In this document: piece by piece, positions 1-14,411 of the stretch
How positions within the stretch are numbered: position 1 is the stretch's first letter
How the letters are laid out: each line of letters opens with the position of its first letter
Assembly: GCA_963667785.2 (NCBI GenBank)
Contig: CAXXMU010000001.1
Coordinates: 896,001 to 960,000, forward strand
Source: Alphaproteobacteria bacterium
Lineage (GTDB): Bacteria; Pseudomonadota; Alphaproteobacteria; UBA828
DNA: 64,000 nt
Reading direction: 5' to 3'
The notes under the pieces: generated by a model
What the model was told of the DNA's origin: nothing
The model's database searches: none
Seen by the model: only the letters and a program-made list of their open reading frames with translations
Translations under genes and position numbers: made by a program

Positions 1-366
1 CGCGCCTACGGCGCCAACCCCTATGGCGGCTACGATTCCAGCTCCCGCCCGTTCCTCTACGACGGCGCCCTGCCGGAAGGGATCGCGCCGCTCGCCCGCG
101 TGGTGGTGGTGGACGGCGAGGCCTGGAGCCTCGCGCTGATCCGCGAGGCGGGCCGCTACGAGCAGGACGACCTGGTCATCACCTGGGAGGCCGGCCAGAA
201 CTCCGCGCTCGACAGCCGCTCGATCGCCGACGGCACGGACATCGGCAACGTGGTGGTCCAACGCGCCGGCGACGAAGGTCTGGAAGACGTGCCCTACGAC
301 GTCAGCTTCGCCTTCGCCTTCCACGCCTTCCACCCGGAGGCGCCGATCCACACGGCCGCCGAGTAG
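1..366 (+). CDS. DUF3179-family protein, 3' end (truncated by window start)
   Basis: Frame open from base 1 (RAYGANPYGGYDSSSRPFLY...) and ends FAFAFHAFHP, a typical DUF3179 C-terminus. Confidence 0.7.
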   Translation, partial: RAYGANPYGGYDSSSRPFLYDGALPEGIAPLARVVVVDGEAWSLALIREAGRYEQDDLVITWEAGQNSALDSRSIADGTDIGNVVVQRAGDEGLEDVPYDVSFAFAFHAFHPEAPIHTAAE

Positions 367-495
367 GCGGCGACCTATTCATATCCCTCAGGCGCCGGGC
401 GCTCGCTCCGCGAGCTTGGCTACGCGCCTATCGGCGCGCGGCGCAGTCGCGCCTTCCGGTCCTGCGGACCGGCTCATCCGATGCCCGCACGGCCT

Positions 496-1281
496 TCAGT
501 GCGCCGCGAGGAACTCCTTCACGGCGGCCGTGAACGCCGGCGCCTGCTCGATGTTCGAGAGATGCGCGGTGTCCAGCTCGAGATAGCGGGAGCCGGCGAT
601 GCGCTCGTGCATCATCCGCATGCCGGCCGGCGGCGTGCCGGCGTCCTGCGTGCCGGCGATCAGCAGCACCGGGTGGTCGAGCGTTTCCAGCCGGTCGAGA
701 TAGGCCAGTTGCTGGATCGCGCGCGCGCATCCCGTGTACCCGGCGACCGAGGTGGTGAGGATCATTCTCCGCACGTCGTCGATTCGCGCAGCGCCGCTTG
801 CCCGGTAGCTCGCGGTGAACCAGCGCTCGATGGTGGATTCGACCACCGCCGCCATGCCGCCGTCGGCGACCGCCGCCACGCGCGCATCGAAGGCAGCGAA
901 GAAGTCGTCGCTGCAGTGTGCCGTGGTGTTCGCGATGACGGAGGCCGCGACCCGGTCCGCATGGCGGAGCAGCAGCCCCTGCGCCGTCATCCCGCCGATC
1001 GAGAGGCCGACGAAATGGCTCTTTCCGATACCCAGATGGTCCCACAGGCCGACGATGTCGCCGATGAGGTCGTCGAACGAGTACGGGCCCTCGACGGGTG
1101 CCGACCTGCCGTGCCCGCGCTTGTCGTAGCGGAGGATGCGGAAGTCTCCGGCAAGCGCCGCTTCCTGCTCGTCCCACATGTGCAGGTTCGTGGCCAGCGA
1201 GTTGGAAAAGGTGAGCCACGGGCCGTTCTCGTTGCCCGAAATCTCGTAGTTGATCGTCACTCCCCGGATATCGGCACGCAT
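496..1281 (-). CDS. pcaD: Alpha/beta hydrolase, 3-oxoadipate enol-lactonase-like
   Basis: FSNSLAT, RYDKRGHGRS, GLSIGG nucleophile elbow, HLSNIEQ; SD-like AGGGAGA upstream of ATG at 1281. Confidence 0.75.
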   Translation of the reverse strand: MRADIRGVTINYEISGNENGPWLTFSNSLATNLHMWDEQEAALAGDFRILRYDKRGHGRSAPVEGPYSFDDLIGDIVGLWDHLGIGKSHFVGLSIGGMTAQGLLLRHADRVAASVIANTTAHCSDDFFAAFDARVAAVADGGMAAVVESTIERWFTASYRASGAARIDDVRRMILTTSVAGYTGCARAIQQLAYLDRLETLDHPVLLIAGTQDAGTPPAGMRMMHERIAGSRYLELDTAHLSNIEQAPAFTAAVKEFLAAH

Positions 1282-1500
1282 ATGCAGTCTCCCTGTCGTC
1301 ACGCCGTGCTCCCGGCGCAGGGCGGGTCATAACCCAGAATTCTCGTCGGCGTCACGGCCTGCGTCGGCCGCGCTCGAGGGCCGCGTCCGGCGGCGGGAGG
1401 GCCACGCTTGACCGCCCCGGCAATCGCTGCGAAAACCGCCGCATGGCGCGGCCGGACGCCGCCCGTCTCCGCAACATCTGCACTGATATCGGGGGGAGCT

Positions 1501-2670
1501 GTGGGGCGAGGGGACTACCTGTTCACGAGCGAATCGGTGTCTGAAGGGCACCCGGACAAGGTGTGCGACCGAATCTCGGATGCCGTGGTGGATGCCTATC
1601 TGGCGCTCGATACGAACTCTCGCGTGGCCTGCGAGACTCTGGTCACGACCAATCGGGTGGTGCTCGCCGGCGAGGTGCGCGGGCCGGAGTCGATCACGGC
1701 CGAGACCCTCGAATCGCTGGCCCGCACCTGCATCCGCGAGATCGGCTACGAGCAGGAGGGCTTCCACTGGGCCAAGGCCGATGTCGAGGTCCACGTGCAC
1801 GCCCAGTCGGCCGACATCGCCATGGGGGTGGACCAGGCCGGCAACAAGGACCAGGGCGCGGGCGATCAGGGCATCATGTTCGGCTACGCCTGCCGCGAGA
1901 CCGAGGCCCTCATGCCGGCGCCGCTCCACTACGCCCATGCAATCCTGGCCGAGCTCGCCAGGGCCAGGCACGCCGGCGACGCTCCCGGCCTCGGGCCCGA
2001 TTCCAAGAGCCAGGTCACGCTCCGCTACGAGGACGGCGTGCCTGTCGGCGCCACCTCCGTCGTGGTCTCGACCCAGCATGCGGCCGAGCTCTCCCAGGAC
2101 GACGTGCGTGCCGTCGTGCGGCCCTACGTGGTGAACGCGCTGCCCGACGGCTGGATGTGCGAGGAGGACAAGTTCTACGTGAACCCGACCGGCCGTTTCG
2201 TGATCGGCGGGCCGGACGGCGATGCCGGGGTGACCGGGCGCAAGATCATCGTCGACACCTATGGCGGGGCGGCGCCCCACGGCGGCGGCGCCTTCTCGGG
2301 CAAGGACCCGACCAAGGTCGACCGCTCCGCCGCCTACGCGGCCCGCTACCTGGCGAAGAACGTGGTCGCCGCCAACCTGGCGTCGCGCTGCACGATCCAG
2401 CTCGCCTATGCGATCGGCGTCGCCGAGCCGCTCGCGGTCTATGTCGATACCCACGGCACGGGCGAGATCGACGAGGCCCGGCTCGCCGGCGCGCTCAGGG
2501 CGGTGATGGACCTCACGCCGCGCGGGATCGGCGCCCATCTCGGCCTCGCCCGACCAATCTTCGAGCGCACCGCGGCCTACGGCCATTTCGGCCGGGAGCC
2601 CGAGGCCGACGGCGGCTTCTCGTGGGAGCGGACCGATCTCGTGGAGCCGCTCCTCTCGGCGGTCGGGTGA
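1501..2670 (+). CDS. metK: S-adenosylmethionine synthetase
   Basis: [35 protein letters not shown]; GTG start after GGGGAG. Confidence 0.97.
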   Translation: MGRGDYLFTSESVSEGHPDKVCDRISDAVVDAYLALDTNSRVACETLVTTNRVVLAGEVRGPESITAETLESLARTCIREIGYEQEGFHWAKADVEVHVHAQSADIAMGVDQAGNKDQGAGDQGIMFGYACRETEALMPAPLHYAHAILAELARARHAGDAPGLGPDSKSQVTLRYEDGVPVGATSVVVSTQHAAELSQDDVRAVVRPYVVNALPDGWMCEEDKFYVNPTGRFVIGGPDGDAGVTGRKIIVDTYGGAAPHGGGAFSGKDPTKVDRSAAYAARYLAKNVVAANLASRCTIQLAYAIGVAEPLAVYVDTHGTGEIDEARLAGALRAVMDLTPRGIGAHLGLARPIFERTAAYGHFGREPEADGGFSWERTDLVEPLLSAVG

Positions 2671-2703
2671 GGCCCCGGCCCGGCGCCCCCCTCCCGCACC
2701 GCG

Positions 2704-3402
2704 ATGGAGCACCCCAGGCGCCGCGTCTACGGGCGCCGGCTGGGCTACCGGCTCCGTCCCGCCCGCCAGGCGCTGCTCGAGCGGGCATTGCCCCGGCTGC
2801 GCATCGACCTGCCCGAGGACGAGCGGGCACGGCTGGACACCGCGCGCCTGTTCACCGCGCCGCCCGCTGACCTCTGGCTCGAGATCGGCTTCGGCGCCGG
2901 CGAGCATCTGGCGTACCAGTTGCGCGCCAATCCGGACGTCGGGATCATCGGCTGCGAGCCCTTCGTCCAGGGCGTCGCCGCTCTCCTCAGCCGCCTGGAG
3001 GCGGACGGCACCGGCGACCGGGCGCGACTCTTTCCCGACGACGGAAGGCTCCTGCTGGAGCGGCTGCCGGACGCCAGCGTCGGACGCCTCTTCGTGCTGT
3101 TTCCCGACCCCTGGCCCAAGAAGCGCCATCACAAGCGGCGCCTGATCGATGCCGAGACGCTGGCCGGCTTCGCCCGCGTGCTCAAGGACGGCGCCGAGTT
3201 CCGCTGGGCCTCCGACGACCGCGACTATGTGGCGTGGACGCTGGAGCGGGTCGCGGCGAGCGGTGCGTTCGCTCGCCGGGAGGCAGCGGGCGGCGATGCG
3301 GGCCCGCGGCCGGTCGACTGGCCCGAGACGCGCTACGAGCAGAAGGCCCGCGCCGCCGGCCGTGCGCCCGTCTTCCTCAGCTTCCTCCGCATCCCCCGAT
3401 AG
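2704..3402 (+). CDS. trmB: tRNA (guanine-N7)-methyltransferase
   Basis: LEIGFGAGEH, FPDPWPKKRHHKRR, TRYEQKA motifs; metK-trmB-rimP synteny. Confidence 0.95.
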   Translation: MEHPRRRVYGRRLGYRLRPARQALLERALPRLRIDLPEDERARLDTARLFTAPPADLWLEIGFGAGEHLAYQLRANPDVGIIGCEPFVQGVAALLSRLEADGTGDRARLFPDDGRLLLERLPDASVGRLFVLFPDPWPKKRHHKRRLIDAETLAGFARVLKDGAEFRWASDDRDYVAWTLERVAASGAFARREAAGGDAGPRPVDWPETRYEQKARAAGRAPVFLSFLRIPR

Positions 3403-3571
3403 GCGACGTGCGACGATGGCACTCAAACGCGGCCGCAGGGCAGAAACGCCTTGAAGCAAGGGAGAATCGCCTTGAAGAATGCATGCGAGGCGGGATAGGG
3501 TAGCGGCGCGGTGCTCGTCGAGGGCGCGGGGAGCACGGCAAGACGTGTGCCCAGGGTTTGAGCAAGGTTGT

Positions 3572-3598
3572 GGTGGGCAGGGATGGCCCGCCTTTTTT
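3572..3598 (+). terminator. Hairpin plus T-tract in rimP leader (probable attenuator)
   Basis: ggtgggc-agggatg-gcccgcc followed by tttttt, about 30 nt upstream of the rimP start. Confidence 0.6.
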
Positions 3599-3628
3599 CT
3601 GTCCTGTGGGTTGACGAAGATTCGAGAC

Positions 3629-4120
3629 GTGGACACGGAACGGCAGATCGAACAGACGATCGCACCGGCGCTTGCGTCGATGGGCTACGAGGTCGTCCGA
3701 GTCCGCTTCGGCGGCGGCAGGCAGCCCGTGCTCCAGGTGATGATCGAGCGGGCCGACCGGGCGCCGCTCACCGTCGACGACTGCGCGGCCGCGAGTCGCG
3801 CGCTCTCCCTGCGTCTCGAGGAGGAGTCCCTTCCCGCAAGCGACTACGCGCTGGAGGTGAGTTCGCCGGGCATCGACCGGCCGCTGGTGCGGTTGGGCGA
3901 TTTCGTCCGCTTCGCCGGCTTCGAGGCCAAGGTGGAGATGAGCGAGCCGCTGGAGGGCCGGCGCCGCTTCCGCGGCCGGCTGCTGGGTGCCGGCGAGGGC
4001 TGCGTGCGCATGACCGTGGACGATAGCGACGTGTCGCTCCCCTTCGACGGGATCCGCAATGCGAAGCTCGTGCTGACCGACGAGCTGTTGGCTGCAACCG
4101 AGGCGGCGGAGCAGGCGTGA
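3629..4120 (+). CDS. rimP: Ribosome maturation factor RimP
   Basis: TVDDCA, YALEVSSPGIDRPL, AKLVLTDELL; directly upstream of nusA. GTG start at 3629 is inferred. Confidence 0.95.
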   Translation: MDTERQIEQTIAPALASMGYEVVRVRFGGGRQPVLQVMIERADRAPLTVDDCAAASRALSLRLEEESLPASDYALEVSSPGIDRPLVRLGDFVRFAGFEAKVEMSEPLEGRRRFRGRLLGAGEGCVRMTVDDSDVSLPFDGIRNAKLVLTDELLAATEAAEQA

Positions 4121-5721
4121 TGGCGGAGAGCGACACCACGGGCCTCGCCCGCCTCGAGCTTCTCCAGGTCGCGGATGCCGTCGCCAGGGAGAAGGGGATC
4201 GAGCGCGAGCTCGTGCTCGAGGCCATGGAGCAGGCGATCACCCACGCCGGCAAGCGCAAGTACGGCCAGGAGCACGACATCCGCACCGACATCGACCGCG
4301 AGACCGGCGAGATCAAGCTGATGCGCTATCTCGAGGTGGCCGACGAGATCGAGAACGAGGCCACCCAGATCCCCCTGAGCGAGGCGCAGGAGCGCAATCC
4401 GGCCGCGCAGGTGGGCGACTACCTGGCGGATCCGCTGCCGCCCATCGACTTCGGTCGCATCGCGGCGCAGACGGCGAAGCAGGTGATCGTCCAGAAGGTG
4501 CGCGAGGCCGAGCGGGCGCGTCAGTACGAGGAATACAAGGACCGCGTGCAGGAGATCGCGAACGGCCTGGTGAAGCGCACGGAATATGGCGGGCTGACGG
4601 TCGACCTCGGGCGGGCCGAGGCGGTGATCCGGCGGGAGGACCTGCTGCCGCGCGAATCCTTCCGCAACGGCGACCGCGTGCGCGCCTACATCTACGACGT
4701 CCGCCGCGAGCCGCGCGGGCCGCAGATCTTCATGTCGCGCACCCACCCCAACTTCATGGCCAAGCTCTTCGCCCAGGAGGTGCCCGAGATCTATGACGGC
4801 ATCATCGAGATCGATGCCGTCGCCCGCGACCCCGGCAGCCGCGCGAAGATCGCCGTGCATTCCAACGACAGCAGCATCGATCCGGTCGGCGCCTGCGTCG
4901 GCATGCGGGGCTCCCGCGTCCAGGCGGTGGTCGGCGAGCTGCAGGGCGAGAAGATCGACATCATCCAGTGGTCGCCCGATCCCGCGGCCTTCATCGTCAA
5001 CGCGCTGGCGCCGGCCGAGGTCACCAAGGTCGTGCTCGACGAGGAGGCGAGGCGGATCGAGGTGGTGGTGCCGGACGAGCAGCTCTCGCTCGCCATCGGC
5101 CGGCGCGGGCAGAACGTGCGACTCGCCTCCAACCTCACGGGCTGGGACATCGACATCCTGACCGAGGCCGAGGAATCCGAGCGCCGCCAGGAGGAATTCC
5201 GCTCGCGCTCCGAGATGTTCATGGAGGCGCTGGACGTCGACGAAGTGATCGCCCACCTGCTGGTGACGGAGGGCTTCTCCACCGTCGACGAGGTGGCCTA
5301 CGTGCCGATCGAGGAGCTGGTGGCGATCGAGGGCTTCGAGGAGGAGCTGGCGATCGAGCTCGGCCAGCGCGCCGCGACCTATGTCGAGGCGGTGAACAAG
5401 GAGCTGAACGAGCGCCGGATCGAGCTCGGCGTCAGCGACGAGGTGGCCGCCATCGACGGACTGGATGCGGCGATGGTCGTCGCCCTCGGCGAGAACGAGG
5501 TCAAGACGCTGGACGATCTCGGCGATCTCGCCGGCGACGAGCTCGTCGAGATGCTGGGCGATATGGCGCCGTCGCTCGAAGACGCCAACGCCATCATCAT
5601 GGCGGCACGGGCCCACTGGTTCGACGACGACGAGCCGGGCGACGACGAGCCGGGCGGCGAGGAGGCTGCCGACGAGGCTGCCGAGAGCGCCGTCGAGGAG
5701 CACGAGAGAGCGAACGTTTGA
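4120..5721 (+). CDS. nusA: Transcription termination factor NusA
   Basis: [49 protein letters not shown]. Confidence 0.98.
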   Translation: MAESDTTGLARLELLQVADAVAREKGIERELVLEAMEQAITHAGKRKYGQEHDIRTDIDRETGEIKLMRYLEVADEIENEATQIPLSEAQERNPAAQVGDYLADPLPPIDFGRIAAQTAKQVIVQKVREAERARQYEEYKDRVQEIANGLVKRTEYGGLTVDLGRAEAVIRREDLLPRESFRNGDRVRAYIYDVRREPRGPQIFMSRTHPNFMAKLFAQEVPEIYDGIIEIDAVARDPGSRAKIAVHSNDSSIDPVGACVGMRGSRVQAVVGELQGEKIDIIQWSPDPAAFIVNALAPAEVTKVVLDEEARRIEVVVPDEQLSLAIGRRGQNVRLASNLTGWDIDILTEAEESERRQEEFRSRSEMFMEALDVDEVIAHLLVTEGFSTVDEVAYVPIEELVAIEGFEEELAIELGQRAATYVEAVNKELNERRIELGVSDEVAAIDGLDAAMVVALGENEVKTLDDLGDLAGDELVEMLGDMAPSLEDANAIIMAARAHWFDDDEPGDDEPGGEEAADEAAESAVEEHERANV

Positions 5722-6350
5722 CCGCACGGGCACACAAGGAGGGCCGCCCGGCCGGGCCGGGCGACGGCAGCCGGCGCTGCATCGCGAGCGGCGCCAGCAA
5801 GCCTCGCGATGCGCTGCTGCGCTTCGTGATCGACCCGGGCGGCACCGTGGTGCCGGATCTCGGCGAGGCTCTGCCCGGACGGGGGCACTGGGTCTCGGCC
5901 GAGCGCGCGGCGCTGGTGACGGCCTGCGAGCGCGGCCTCTTCGCGCGCGCGGCGCGGCGGCCGGTTGCCGTGGCTCCCGATCTGGTCGACGAGGTCGAGC
6001 GTCAGCTCGAGGCCCGGGCGCTGGATCTGCTCGGGCTGGCGCGGCGGGCGGGCGCCCTGGTCACGGGTTTCGACCAGGTCCGCGCGGCGCTCGCCGAGCG
6101 GCGGGTTGCGGTGCTGGTCGAGGCGAGCGACGGCGCGCGGCACGGGCGCGCACGCCTCGGTGCCCTGGCGCGGGACATTCCGGTGATCGCGGAATTCGAC
6201 GGCGCCGCATTGAGCCGCAGCGTCGGCCGTGACAATGTGGTGCATGCCGCATTGTCGCCGGGCCGGCTGGCCGATCGTTTCGTACAGGAGTCCGCGCGAT
6301 TTGCCCGCGTGAGGCAGGAACCCGGCGACCGGGGCAGGCACGATGAGTGA
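5718..6350 (+). CDS. YlxR/DUF448 plus L7Ae-like RNA-binding protein
   Basis: RRCIASG...LLRFV...PGRGHWV then LLGLARRAG; sits between nusA and infB; TTG start overlapping nusA stop is inferred. Confidence 0.85.
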   Translation: MTARAHKEGRPAGPGDGSRRCIASGASKPRDALLRFVIDPGGTVVPDLGEALPGRGHWVSAERAALVTACERGLFARAARRPVAVAPDLVDEVERQLEARALDLLGLARRAGALVTGFDQVRAALAERRVAVLVEASDGARHGRARLGALARDIPVIAEFDGAALSRSVGRDNVVHAALSPGRLADRFVQESARFARVRQEPGDRGRHDE

Positions 6351-8979
6351 CGAAACCGAAGCCGGCGATCAGAGTCGGCGGAAGCCCCTCTCGCTGAAAC
6401 GCCCGGGGCGGCTCGAGCTCAAGAAGACGGTCGATGCCGGCCACGTCCGGCAAAGCTTCTCCCACGGCCGCAGTCGCGCCGTCGCCGTCGAGGTGCGCAA
6501 GAAGCGGACGCTCAAGCGTGGCGCCGCCGCCGACGCCGCGCCGGCCGCACCCAAGGCCAAGGCACCGCCGCCACCGCCGCCGCCGGAGCTTGTGGAGGAG
6601 GTGGCGCCGCCGCCGGTTGACGACGTGCACCAGACCTCGTCGGCGCCCCGCACCCGGGTGGTGCTGCGCACGCTGACGAGCGACGAGAAGGCCGCGCGCG
6701 CACGCGCCGTCGAGGATGCGATGCGCGCCGAGCGCGAGGAGCGGGCGCGGGCCGAGGAAGCGGCGCGTCTCCGTGCCGAAGAGGCGGAGCGGCTGGCGGC
6801 CGAGCACGCGGAGGCCGAGCGGCGGAAGACCGAGGAGGACGCCCGCCGCAAGGCCGAGGAGGACGCCCGCAAGCGGGCGGAGGAGGACGCGGCGCGCCGG
6901 CTTCCCCAGCCGGAGGAACCGAAGCCCGAAGCCGCTGCCGCCGAGACGCCCGGCACGGCGCGGCCGCGGCCGGGCGCCGCCCCGACCGAGGAGGAGCGCG
7001 GGCGGCTGCGCCGTCGTGGCGACCAGCGCCGCCCCGCCAGCCCGTCGCGGCGCGACCAGCCGCGCCGGCGCGGCGGCAAGATCACGCTGTCGCAAGCGCT
7101 CGACGGCACCGTCGGCGAGGAGCGCGGGCGCAGCCTCGCCTCGCTCCGCCGGCAGCGCGAGCGCGAGAAGCGCCTGGCCCAGCAGGCACTGCGCGCGGAC
7201 GAGCTCAAGCCCGTGGTGCGCGAGGTCGTGGTGCCCGAGATCATCACGGTCCAGGATCTGGCGAGCCGCATGGCCGTGCGCGGCGCCGAGGTGGTGAAGC
7301 GCCTGATGGAGATGGGTAACGTCGTGACCATCACCCAGTCGATCGATGCCGACACGGCGCAGCTCGTGGTCGAGGAGTTCGGACACCGGGTCAGGCGGGT
7401 CAGCGAGGCCGACGTCGAGATCGGGCTCAAGGGCGACGTGGACACCGCCGACGCTCTGACCGCCCGCCCGCCCGTGGTCACCGTCATGGGCCATGTCGAC
7501 CACGGTAAGACGTCGCTGCTCGACGCCATCCGCTCCGCCGACGTCGTCTCCGGCGAGGCGGGCGGGATCACGCAGCATATCGGCGCCTATCAGGTGGAGA
7601 CGCCGAAAGGCGCCCGCATCACCTTCATCGACACCCCCGGCCATGCCGCCTTCACCGAGATGCGCGCGCGGGGCGCGAGCGTGACAGACATCGTCGTGCT
7701 CGTCGTCGCCGCGGACGACGGCGTCATGCCCCAGACCGCGGAAGCGATCAATCACGCCCGCGCGGCCGAGGTGCCGATCCTCGTCGCCATCAACAAGATC
7801 GACCGGCCGGATGCCGACCCCGGCCGCGTGCGCCAGGCCCTGCTGCAGCACGAGATCGTGACCGAGGAGATGGGCGGCGACGTGCTCGCGGTCGAGATAT
7901 CGGCGACCCAGAAGCAGAACCTCGACCGGCTGGAGGAGGCGATCCTGCTGCAGGCCGAGCTTCTGGAGCTTTCCGCCAACCCCGACCGGGCGGCCGAGGG
8001 AGTCGTGATCGAGGCCAAGGTCGATCGCGGGCGCGGCGCCGTGGCCACGGTGCTGGTCCAGCGTGGCACGCTCAGGGTGGGCGATATCGTTGTCGCCGGC
8101 GCCCAGTGGGGGCGGGTCCGCGCCATGTACGATGATCGCGGCGCCGCCGCCAAGGAGGCCGGGCCGTCGGTACCGGTCGAGGTTCTCGGCCTGAGCGGCG
8201 CGCCCCAGGCGGGCGACGAGGTCGTGGTGGTCGCGAACGAGCGCCGGGCGCGGGAGGTTTCCGAGTTCCGTCAGGCGCAGGCCAGGGAGAAGGAGGTCGC
8301 GCGCGGCGCGCCGCTCAACCTCGAGCAGCTCTTCTCCGAGATCAAGGAGAAGGAGGGCAAGAGCGAGCTTCCGATCCTGATCAAGGCGGATGTCCAGGGA
8401 TCGGTGGAGGCGATCGTCGGCGCGCTGGGCAGGCTCGGCACCGACGAGGTGGCGGTGCGTGTGCTCCATGCAGGCGTCGGCGGGATTACGGAATCGGACG
8501 TGACCCTCGCGTCGGCGTCGGAGGCGACGATCGTCGGCTTCAACGTCCGGGCCAACGCGCAGGCGCGCGAGCTCGCCGCGCGCAGCGGGATCGAGATCCG
8601 CTATCACGCCGTCATCTACGACGTGGTCGACGAGGTCAGGGCCGCCCTCGAGGGTATGCTGCGCCCGGAGGCGCGCGAGCGGATGCTGGGCAACGCCCAG
8701 ATCCTCCAGGTGTTCGAGGTGGGGCGCGTGGGCAGGATCGCGGGCTGCCGCGTGACCAACGGCCTCGTGCGCCGGGGCGCGAAGGTCCGGCTGCTGCGCG
8801 ACGATGTCGTCATCCACGATGGCGCGCTGAAGACGCTGAGACGGTTCAAGGACGACGTGCGCGAGGTGAAGGAAGGCTACGAGTGCGGCATGTCGTTCGA
8901 GAACTACTCCGATGTGCGCGAGGGCGACACCATCGAGTTCTATGAGATCGAGGAGGTGGCACGCACCCTCGACGCATAG
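6343..8979 (+). CDS. infB: Translation initiation factor IF-2
   Basis: [35 protein letters not shown]. Confidence 0.98.
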   Translation: MSDETEAGDQSRRKPLSLKRPGRLELKKTVDAGHVRQSFSHGRSRAVAVEVRKKRTLKRGAAADAAPAAPKAKAPPPPPPPELVEEVAPPPVDDVHQTSSAPRTRVVLRTLTSDEKAARARAVEDAMRAEREERARAEEAARLRAEEAERLAAEHAEAERRKTEEDARRKAEEDARKRAEEDAARRLPQPEEPKPEAAAAETPGTARPRPGAAPTEEERGRLRRRGDQRRPASPSRRDQPRRRGGKITLSQALDGTVGEERGRSLASLRRQREREKRLAQQALRADELKPVVREVVVPEIITVQDLASRMAVRGAEVVKRLMEMGNVVTITQSIDADTAQLVVEEFGHRVRRVSEADVEIGLKGDVDTADALTARPPVVTVMGHVDHGKTSLLDAIRSADVVSGEAGGITQHIGAYQVETPKGARITFIDTPGHAAFTEMRARGASVTDIVVLVVAADDGVMPQTAEAINHARAAEVPILVAINKIDRPDADPGRVRQALLQHEIVTEEMGGDVLAVEISATQKQNLDRLEEAILLQAELLELSANPDRAAEGVVIEAKVDRGRGAVATVLVQRGTLRVGDIVVAGAQWGRVRAMYDDRGAAAKEAGPSVPVEVLGLSGAPQAGDEVVVVANERRAREVSEFRQAQAREKEVARGAPLNLEQLFSEIKEKEGKSELPILIKADVQGSVEAIVGALGRLGTDEVAVRVLHAGVGGITESDVTLASASEATIVGFNVRANAQARELAARSGIEIRYHAVIYDVVDEVRAALEGMLRPEARERMLGNAQILQVFEVGRVGRIAGCRVTNGLVRRGAKVRLLRDDVVIHDGALKTLRRFKDDVREVKEGYECGMSFENYSDVREGDTIEFYEIEEVARTLDA

Positions 8980-9000
8980 GGCGCGGCGGCCTGGCGGTCC

Positions 9001-9384
9001 ATGAGCAGGGGTGGCGGCCGCGCCGGCGAGCCGAGCCAGCGGCAGCGGCGAGTCGGCGAAATCATCAGGGAAGCGCTCTCCGATACGCTCGCCCGCGGCC
9101 GCTTCCGCGATCCTGTGCTGAACGAGGTGCGGCTGACCGTGACCGAGGTCCGGCCGGCGCCTGATCTGCGCTCCGCCAGGGTCTACGTGATGCCGCTCGG
9201 CGGCGAGCGGGCGGAGGAGGCGATCGACGCCCTGCAGCGCGCCGCCGCGCACCTGCGGGGCGAGGTGAACCGCCGGGTCAGGCTCAAGTTCTCGCCGGCT
9301 CTCGCCTTCGAGCTCGACCGCAGCTTCGAGCAGGTGGAGCGAATCGACAGCCTGCTGGGCGGCGGCGGTTCTGCCGATGGCTGA
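9001..9384 (+). CDS. rbfA: Ribosome-binding factor A
   Basis: RQRRVGE, VTEVRPAPDLRSARVY, LKFSPALAFELD; operon position. Confidence 0.95.
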   Translation: MSRGGGRAGEPSQRQRRVGEIIREALSDTLARGRFRDPVLNEVRLTVTEVRPAPDLRSARVYVMPLGGERAEEAIDALQRAAAHLRGEVNRRVRLKFSPALAFELDRSFEQVERIDSLLGGGGSADG

Positions 9385-10270
9385 GCGCTCATCCGCGCCC
9401 GGCCCCCACGGCTGGCTGGTGGTCGACAAGCCGCGCGGGCTCTCCTCGGCCGCCGTCGTCGCCCGCATCAAGGCGCTCGCCTGCGGCGCCAAGGTGGGGC
9501 ATGCCGGCACGCTCGACCCGATGGCGACGGGCGTCCTGCCGGTCGCCGTCGGCGAGGCCACCAAGACGGTCTCGTTCATGATGGATGCGCCCAAGCGCTA
9601 CCGCTTCGGCGTGCGCTTCGGCGAGCAGCGCGATACCGACGATGCCGAAGGAACCGTGATCGAGACCAGCGCCATGCGCCCCGATACCGCAGCGGTGGCC
9701 GCGGTGCTGCCCGCCTTCATCGGCCGTATCGAGCAGGTGCCGCCCGCATACTCCGCGCTCAAGGTCGGCGGCGAGCGGGCGTACGCGCTCGCGCGCAAGG
9801 GGCGGCCCGTCCGCCTCGCGGCCCGCACCGTGGTCGTGAAGAGCCTGACGCTGACGGCGAGCGAGGGTGACGAGGCGTCCTTCACGGTGGAGTGCGGCAA
9901 GGGCACCTATGTCAGGGCGCTGGCCCGCGACATCGCCCGCGCCGCGGGCACGGTCGGCCATGTGAGCTGGCTGCACCGCGCGGCGGTCGGGCCCTTCACC
10001 GACGACGATGCGAATCCACTGGATAAACTGGGCGCGCTCGGGCATAGTCTGGCGCTCGCCGAAAGCCTCCTACCGGTCGACGCGGCGCTGGCCGACATCC
10101 CGGCGCTGCCCTTGACCGCACGCGAGGCGGATCGTCTGCGCCACGGGCAGCCGGTTCCCGCGCCCGGTGCGGCACCCGGAAGGGTCCGCGCCGTTGCGGG
10201 GACCCGTCTCGTGGCGCTTGCCGAGGTCGGCGCGGGCCGGGCCCGCCCGTTGCGGGTTTTCAACATGTGA
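9377..10270 (+). CDS. truB: tRNA pseudouridine(55) synthase
   Basis: [40 protein letters not shown]. Confidence 0.97.
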   Translation: MAERSSAPGPHGWLVVDKPRGLSSAAVVARIKALACGAKVGHAGTLDPMATGVLPVAVGEATKTVSFMMDAPKRYRFGVRFGEQRDTDDAEGTVIETSAMRPDTAAVAAVLPAFIGRIEQVPPAYSALKVGGERAYALARKGRPVRLAARTVVVKSLTLTASEGDEASFTVECGKGTYVRALARDIARAAGTVGHVSWLHRAAVGPFTDDDANPLDKLGALGHSLALAESLLPVDAALADIPALPLTAREADRLRHGQPVPAPGAAPGRVRAVAGTRLVALAEVGAGRARPLRVFNM

Positions 10271-10286
10271 CATGCGGAGTAGCGAG

Positions 10287-10556
10287 ATGTCGATTACCGC
10301 TGCGCGGAAGACCGAGTTGATCTCGGAGTATGCAACCAAGACCGACGATACCGGCTCGCCGGAAGTCCAGGTCGCGATCCTGACAGAGCGGATCAACAAC
10401 CTGACCGAGCATTTTCGGGCCCACAAGAAGGATCTCCATTCCAGGCAGGGCCTGCTGAAGATGGTCAGCCGCAGACGCCGTCTGCTCGACTATCTCAAGC
10501 GCAACGATCAGGAGCGCTACGCCGCCGTGATTCAGCGGCTGGGCTTGCGGAAATAG
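10287..10556 (+). CDS. rpsO: 30S ribosomal protein S15
   Basis: [16 protein letters not shown]...[11 protein letters not shown]...LGLRK. Confidence 0.97.
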   Translation: MSITAARKTELISEYATKTDDTGSPEVQVAILTERINNLTEHFRAHKKDLHSRQGLLKMVSRRRRLLDYLKRNDQERYAAVIQRLGLRK

Positions 10557-10702
10557 AATTGGCGTTCGCGTGGACCGCGAGGATGCGGCGCGCGGGTCAA
10601 GAGGGCACGCCGGGAGGCGCGGCATGGGCCGCAGCCACCGGCGTTGCGCCTGCATAGGGGCGGGCCGAATGAGCGGCTCGCCACCGGAGTGAAGGAAACA
10701 AC

Positions 10703-12829
<2,127 letters not shown>

Positions 12830-12971
12830 GAGCCACCGCCCGGAGACGCGACACCTTGCAGCCGGCGCCCATGCTGCCCACATCAGGGAAAGGCGGCAGC
12901 GCCGGCGAGCCCTCGCATCGCCCTGCCGCGGCATGCGATTCGAGCCGGACGCAACGGCGGATGGACTGACA

Positions 12972-14369
12972 GTGAAAGCGTTGAACGCGATCAGGCTGTC
13001 GGGACGCGAGGTTCTGCCCTTGATCGAGGGCGGCAAGGGCATCGGCGTGACCAACGGCCTGAGCTCGGGCGCCTGGGCCGCCGCCGGCGGAGTCGGCACC
13101 TTCTCCGGCGTCAACGCCGACTACTACGACGAGCAGGGCCGGGCGGTGCCGCAGGTCTATCGCGGCCGCACCCGCAAGGAGCGCCACGAGGAGCTCGTCG
13201 ACTACGCGATCAGGGGCGGCATCGCACAGGCGCGGATCGCCCACGACGTCTCCGGCGGCGTGGGGCGGCTCCACATGAACGTGCTGTGGGAGATGGCCGC
13301 CGCCGAGCGCATCCTGCACGGCATTCTCGAGGCCACGCGCGGCCTGATCCACGGCGTCACCTGCGGCGCCGGCATGCCCTATCGACTCGCCGAGGTGGCC
13401 GCGGGCTACGACGTCCACTACTACCCCATCGTCTCCTCGGCACGCGCCTTCCGTGCGCTCTGGAAGCGTGCCTACCACAGCTTCTCCGACTGGATGGGCG
13501 GGGTCGTCTACGAGGACCCCTGGCGCGCCGGCGGCCACAACGGCCTCTCCAACAGCGAGGACCCCGAACAGCCCGAGCCCGCCTACCCGCGGGTCGCCGC
13601 GCTGCGCCGGCAGATGCGCGAATACGGCCTCGACGACGTGCCCATCGTGATGGCGGGCGGGGTCTGGTACCTGCGCGACTGGGAGGACTGGCTCGACAAT
13701 CCCGAGCTCGGCCCCATCGTCTTCCAGTTCGGCACCCGCCCGCTGGTGACCGAGGAGAGCCCGATCTCCGAGCGCTGGAAGCGCAAGCTGCTGACCATGA
13801 AGGACGGTGACGTGAAGCTCAATCGCTTCAGCCCCACCGGCTTCTACTCGTCGGCGGTGCGCAACGACTTCATCAGGGAGCTGGCCCAGCGCGAGCAGCG
13901 CCAGGTCGCCTACACCGCCGAGCCCATCGGCGACCACGACCAGTTGTTCACGCCGGGACCGCGCGGGCGCTCCTTCTATCTGACCAAGGGCGATCTGGAG
14001 CGGGCCGAGGAGTGGATGGACCAGGGCTTCACCTCGGTGATGAAGACCCCCGATACCACGATCATCTTCGTCACCGACGAGAAGGCGCGCGAGATCAGGG
14101 CCGATCAGGCTGCCTGCATGGGCTGCCTCAGCGCCTGCCGCTTCAGCAACTGGGCGACGAACGAGCAGGGCTCGACCGGCAAGAAGACCGATCCCCGCAG
14201 CTACTGCATCCAGAAGACGCTGCAGGAGATCATCCACAGCGAGGACATCGACAACCAGTTGATGTTCGCGGGCCACGCGGCCTTCCGCTTCGCCGACGAT
14301 CCCTTCTACAGCAATCGCTTCATCCCCACCGTGCGCCAACTCGTCGAGCGCCTGCTCACCGGCGACTGA
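12972..14369 (+). CDS. Nitronate monooxygenase / 2-nitropropane dioxygenase-family flavoprotein
   Basis: LIEGGKGIG, GAGMPY, AGGHNG, MAGG, QFGTR, C-terminal CxxCxxxC. Confidence 0.8.
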   Translation: MKALNAIRLSGREVLPLIEGGKGIGVTNGLSSGAWAAAGGVGTFSGVNADYYDEQGRAVPQVYRGRTRKERHEELVDYAIRGGIAQARIAHDVSGGVGRLHMNVLWEMAAAERILHGILEATRGLIHGVTCGAGMPYRLAEVAAGYDVHYYPIVSSARAFRALWKRAYHSFSDWMGGVVYEDPWRAGGHNGLSNSEDPEQPEPAYPRVAALRRQMREYGLDDVPIVMAGGVWYLRDWEDWLDNPELGPIVFQFGTRPLVTEESPISERWKRKLLTMKDGDVKLNRFSPTGFYSSAVRNDFIRELAQREQRQVAYTAEPIGDHDQLFTPGPRGRSFYLTKGDLERAEEWMDQGFTSVMKTPDTTIIFVTDEKAREIRADQAACMGCLSACRFSNWATNEQGSTGKKTDPRSYCIQKTLQEIIHSEDIDNQLMFAGHAAFRFADDPFYSNRFIPTVRQLVERLLTGD

Positions 14370-14411
14370 CCGGGCGCCGGCGCCCTCCGCCGTGCTCCCT
14401 TCACCGCTTCC

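Noticed and set aside
401-417. Short palindrome gctcgc-tcc-gcgagc between convergent genes
   Set aside because: Single copy; probably a terminator or REP-like hairpin, too little evidence to call.
1303-1500. SAM riboswitch upstream of metK
   Set aside because: No recognisable SAM-II/SAM-alpha consensus by eye; an Rfam scan would be needed.
5626-5655. 15 nt tandem duplication (DDEPG x2) in the nusA tail
   Set aside because: In-frame duplication in a variable acidic tail; no sign of a function.
6780-6900. EEDARRKA repeats in infB
   Set aside because: Normal low-complexity N-terminal region of IF-2.
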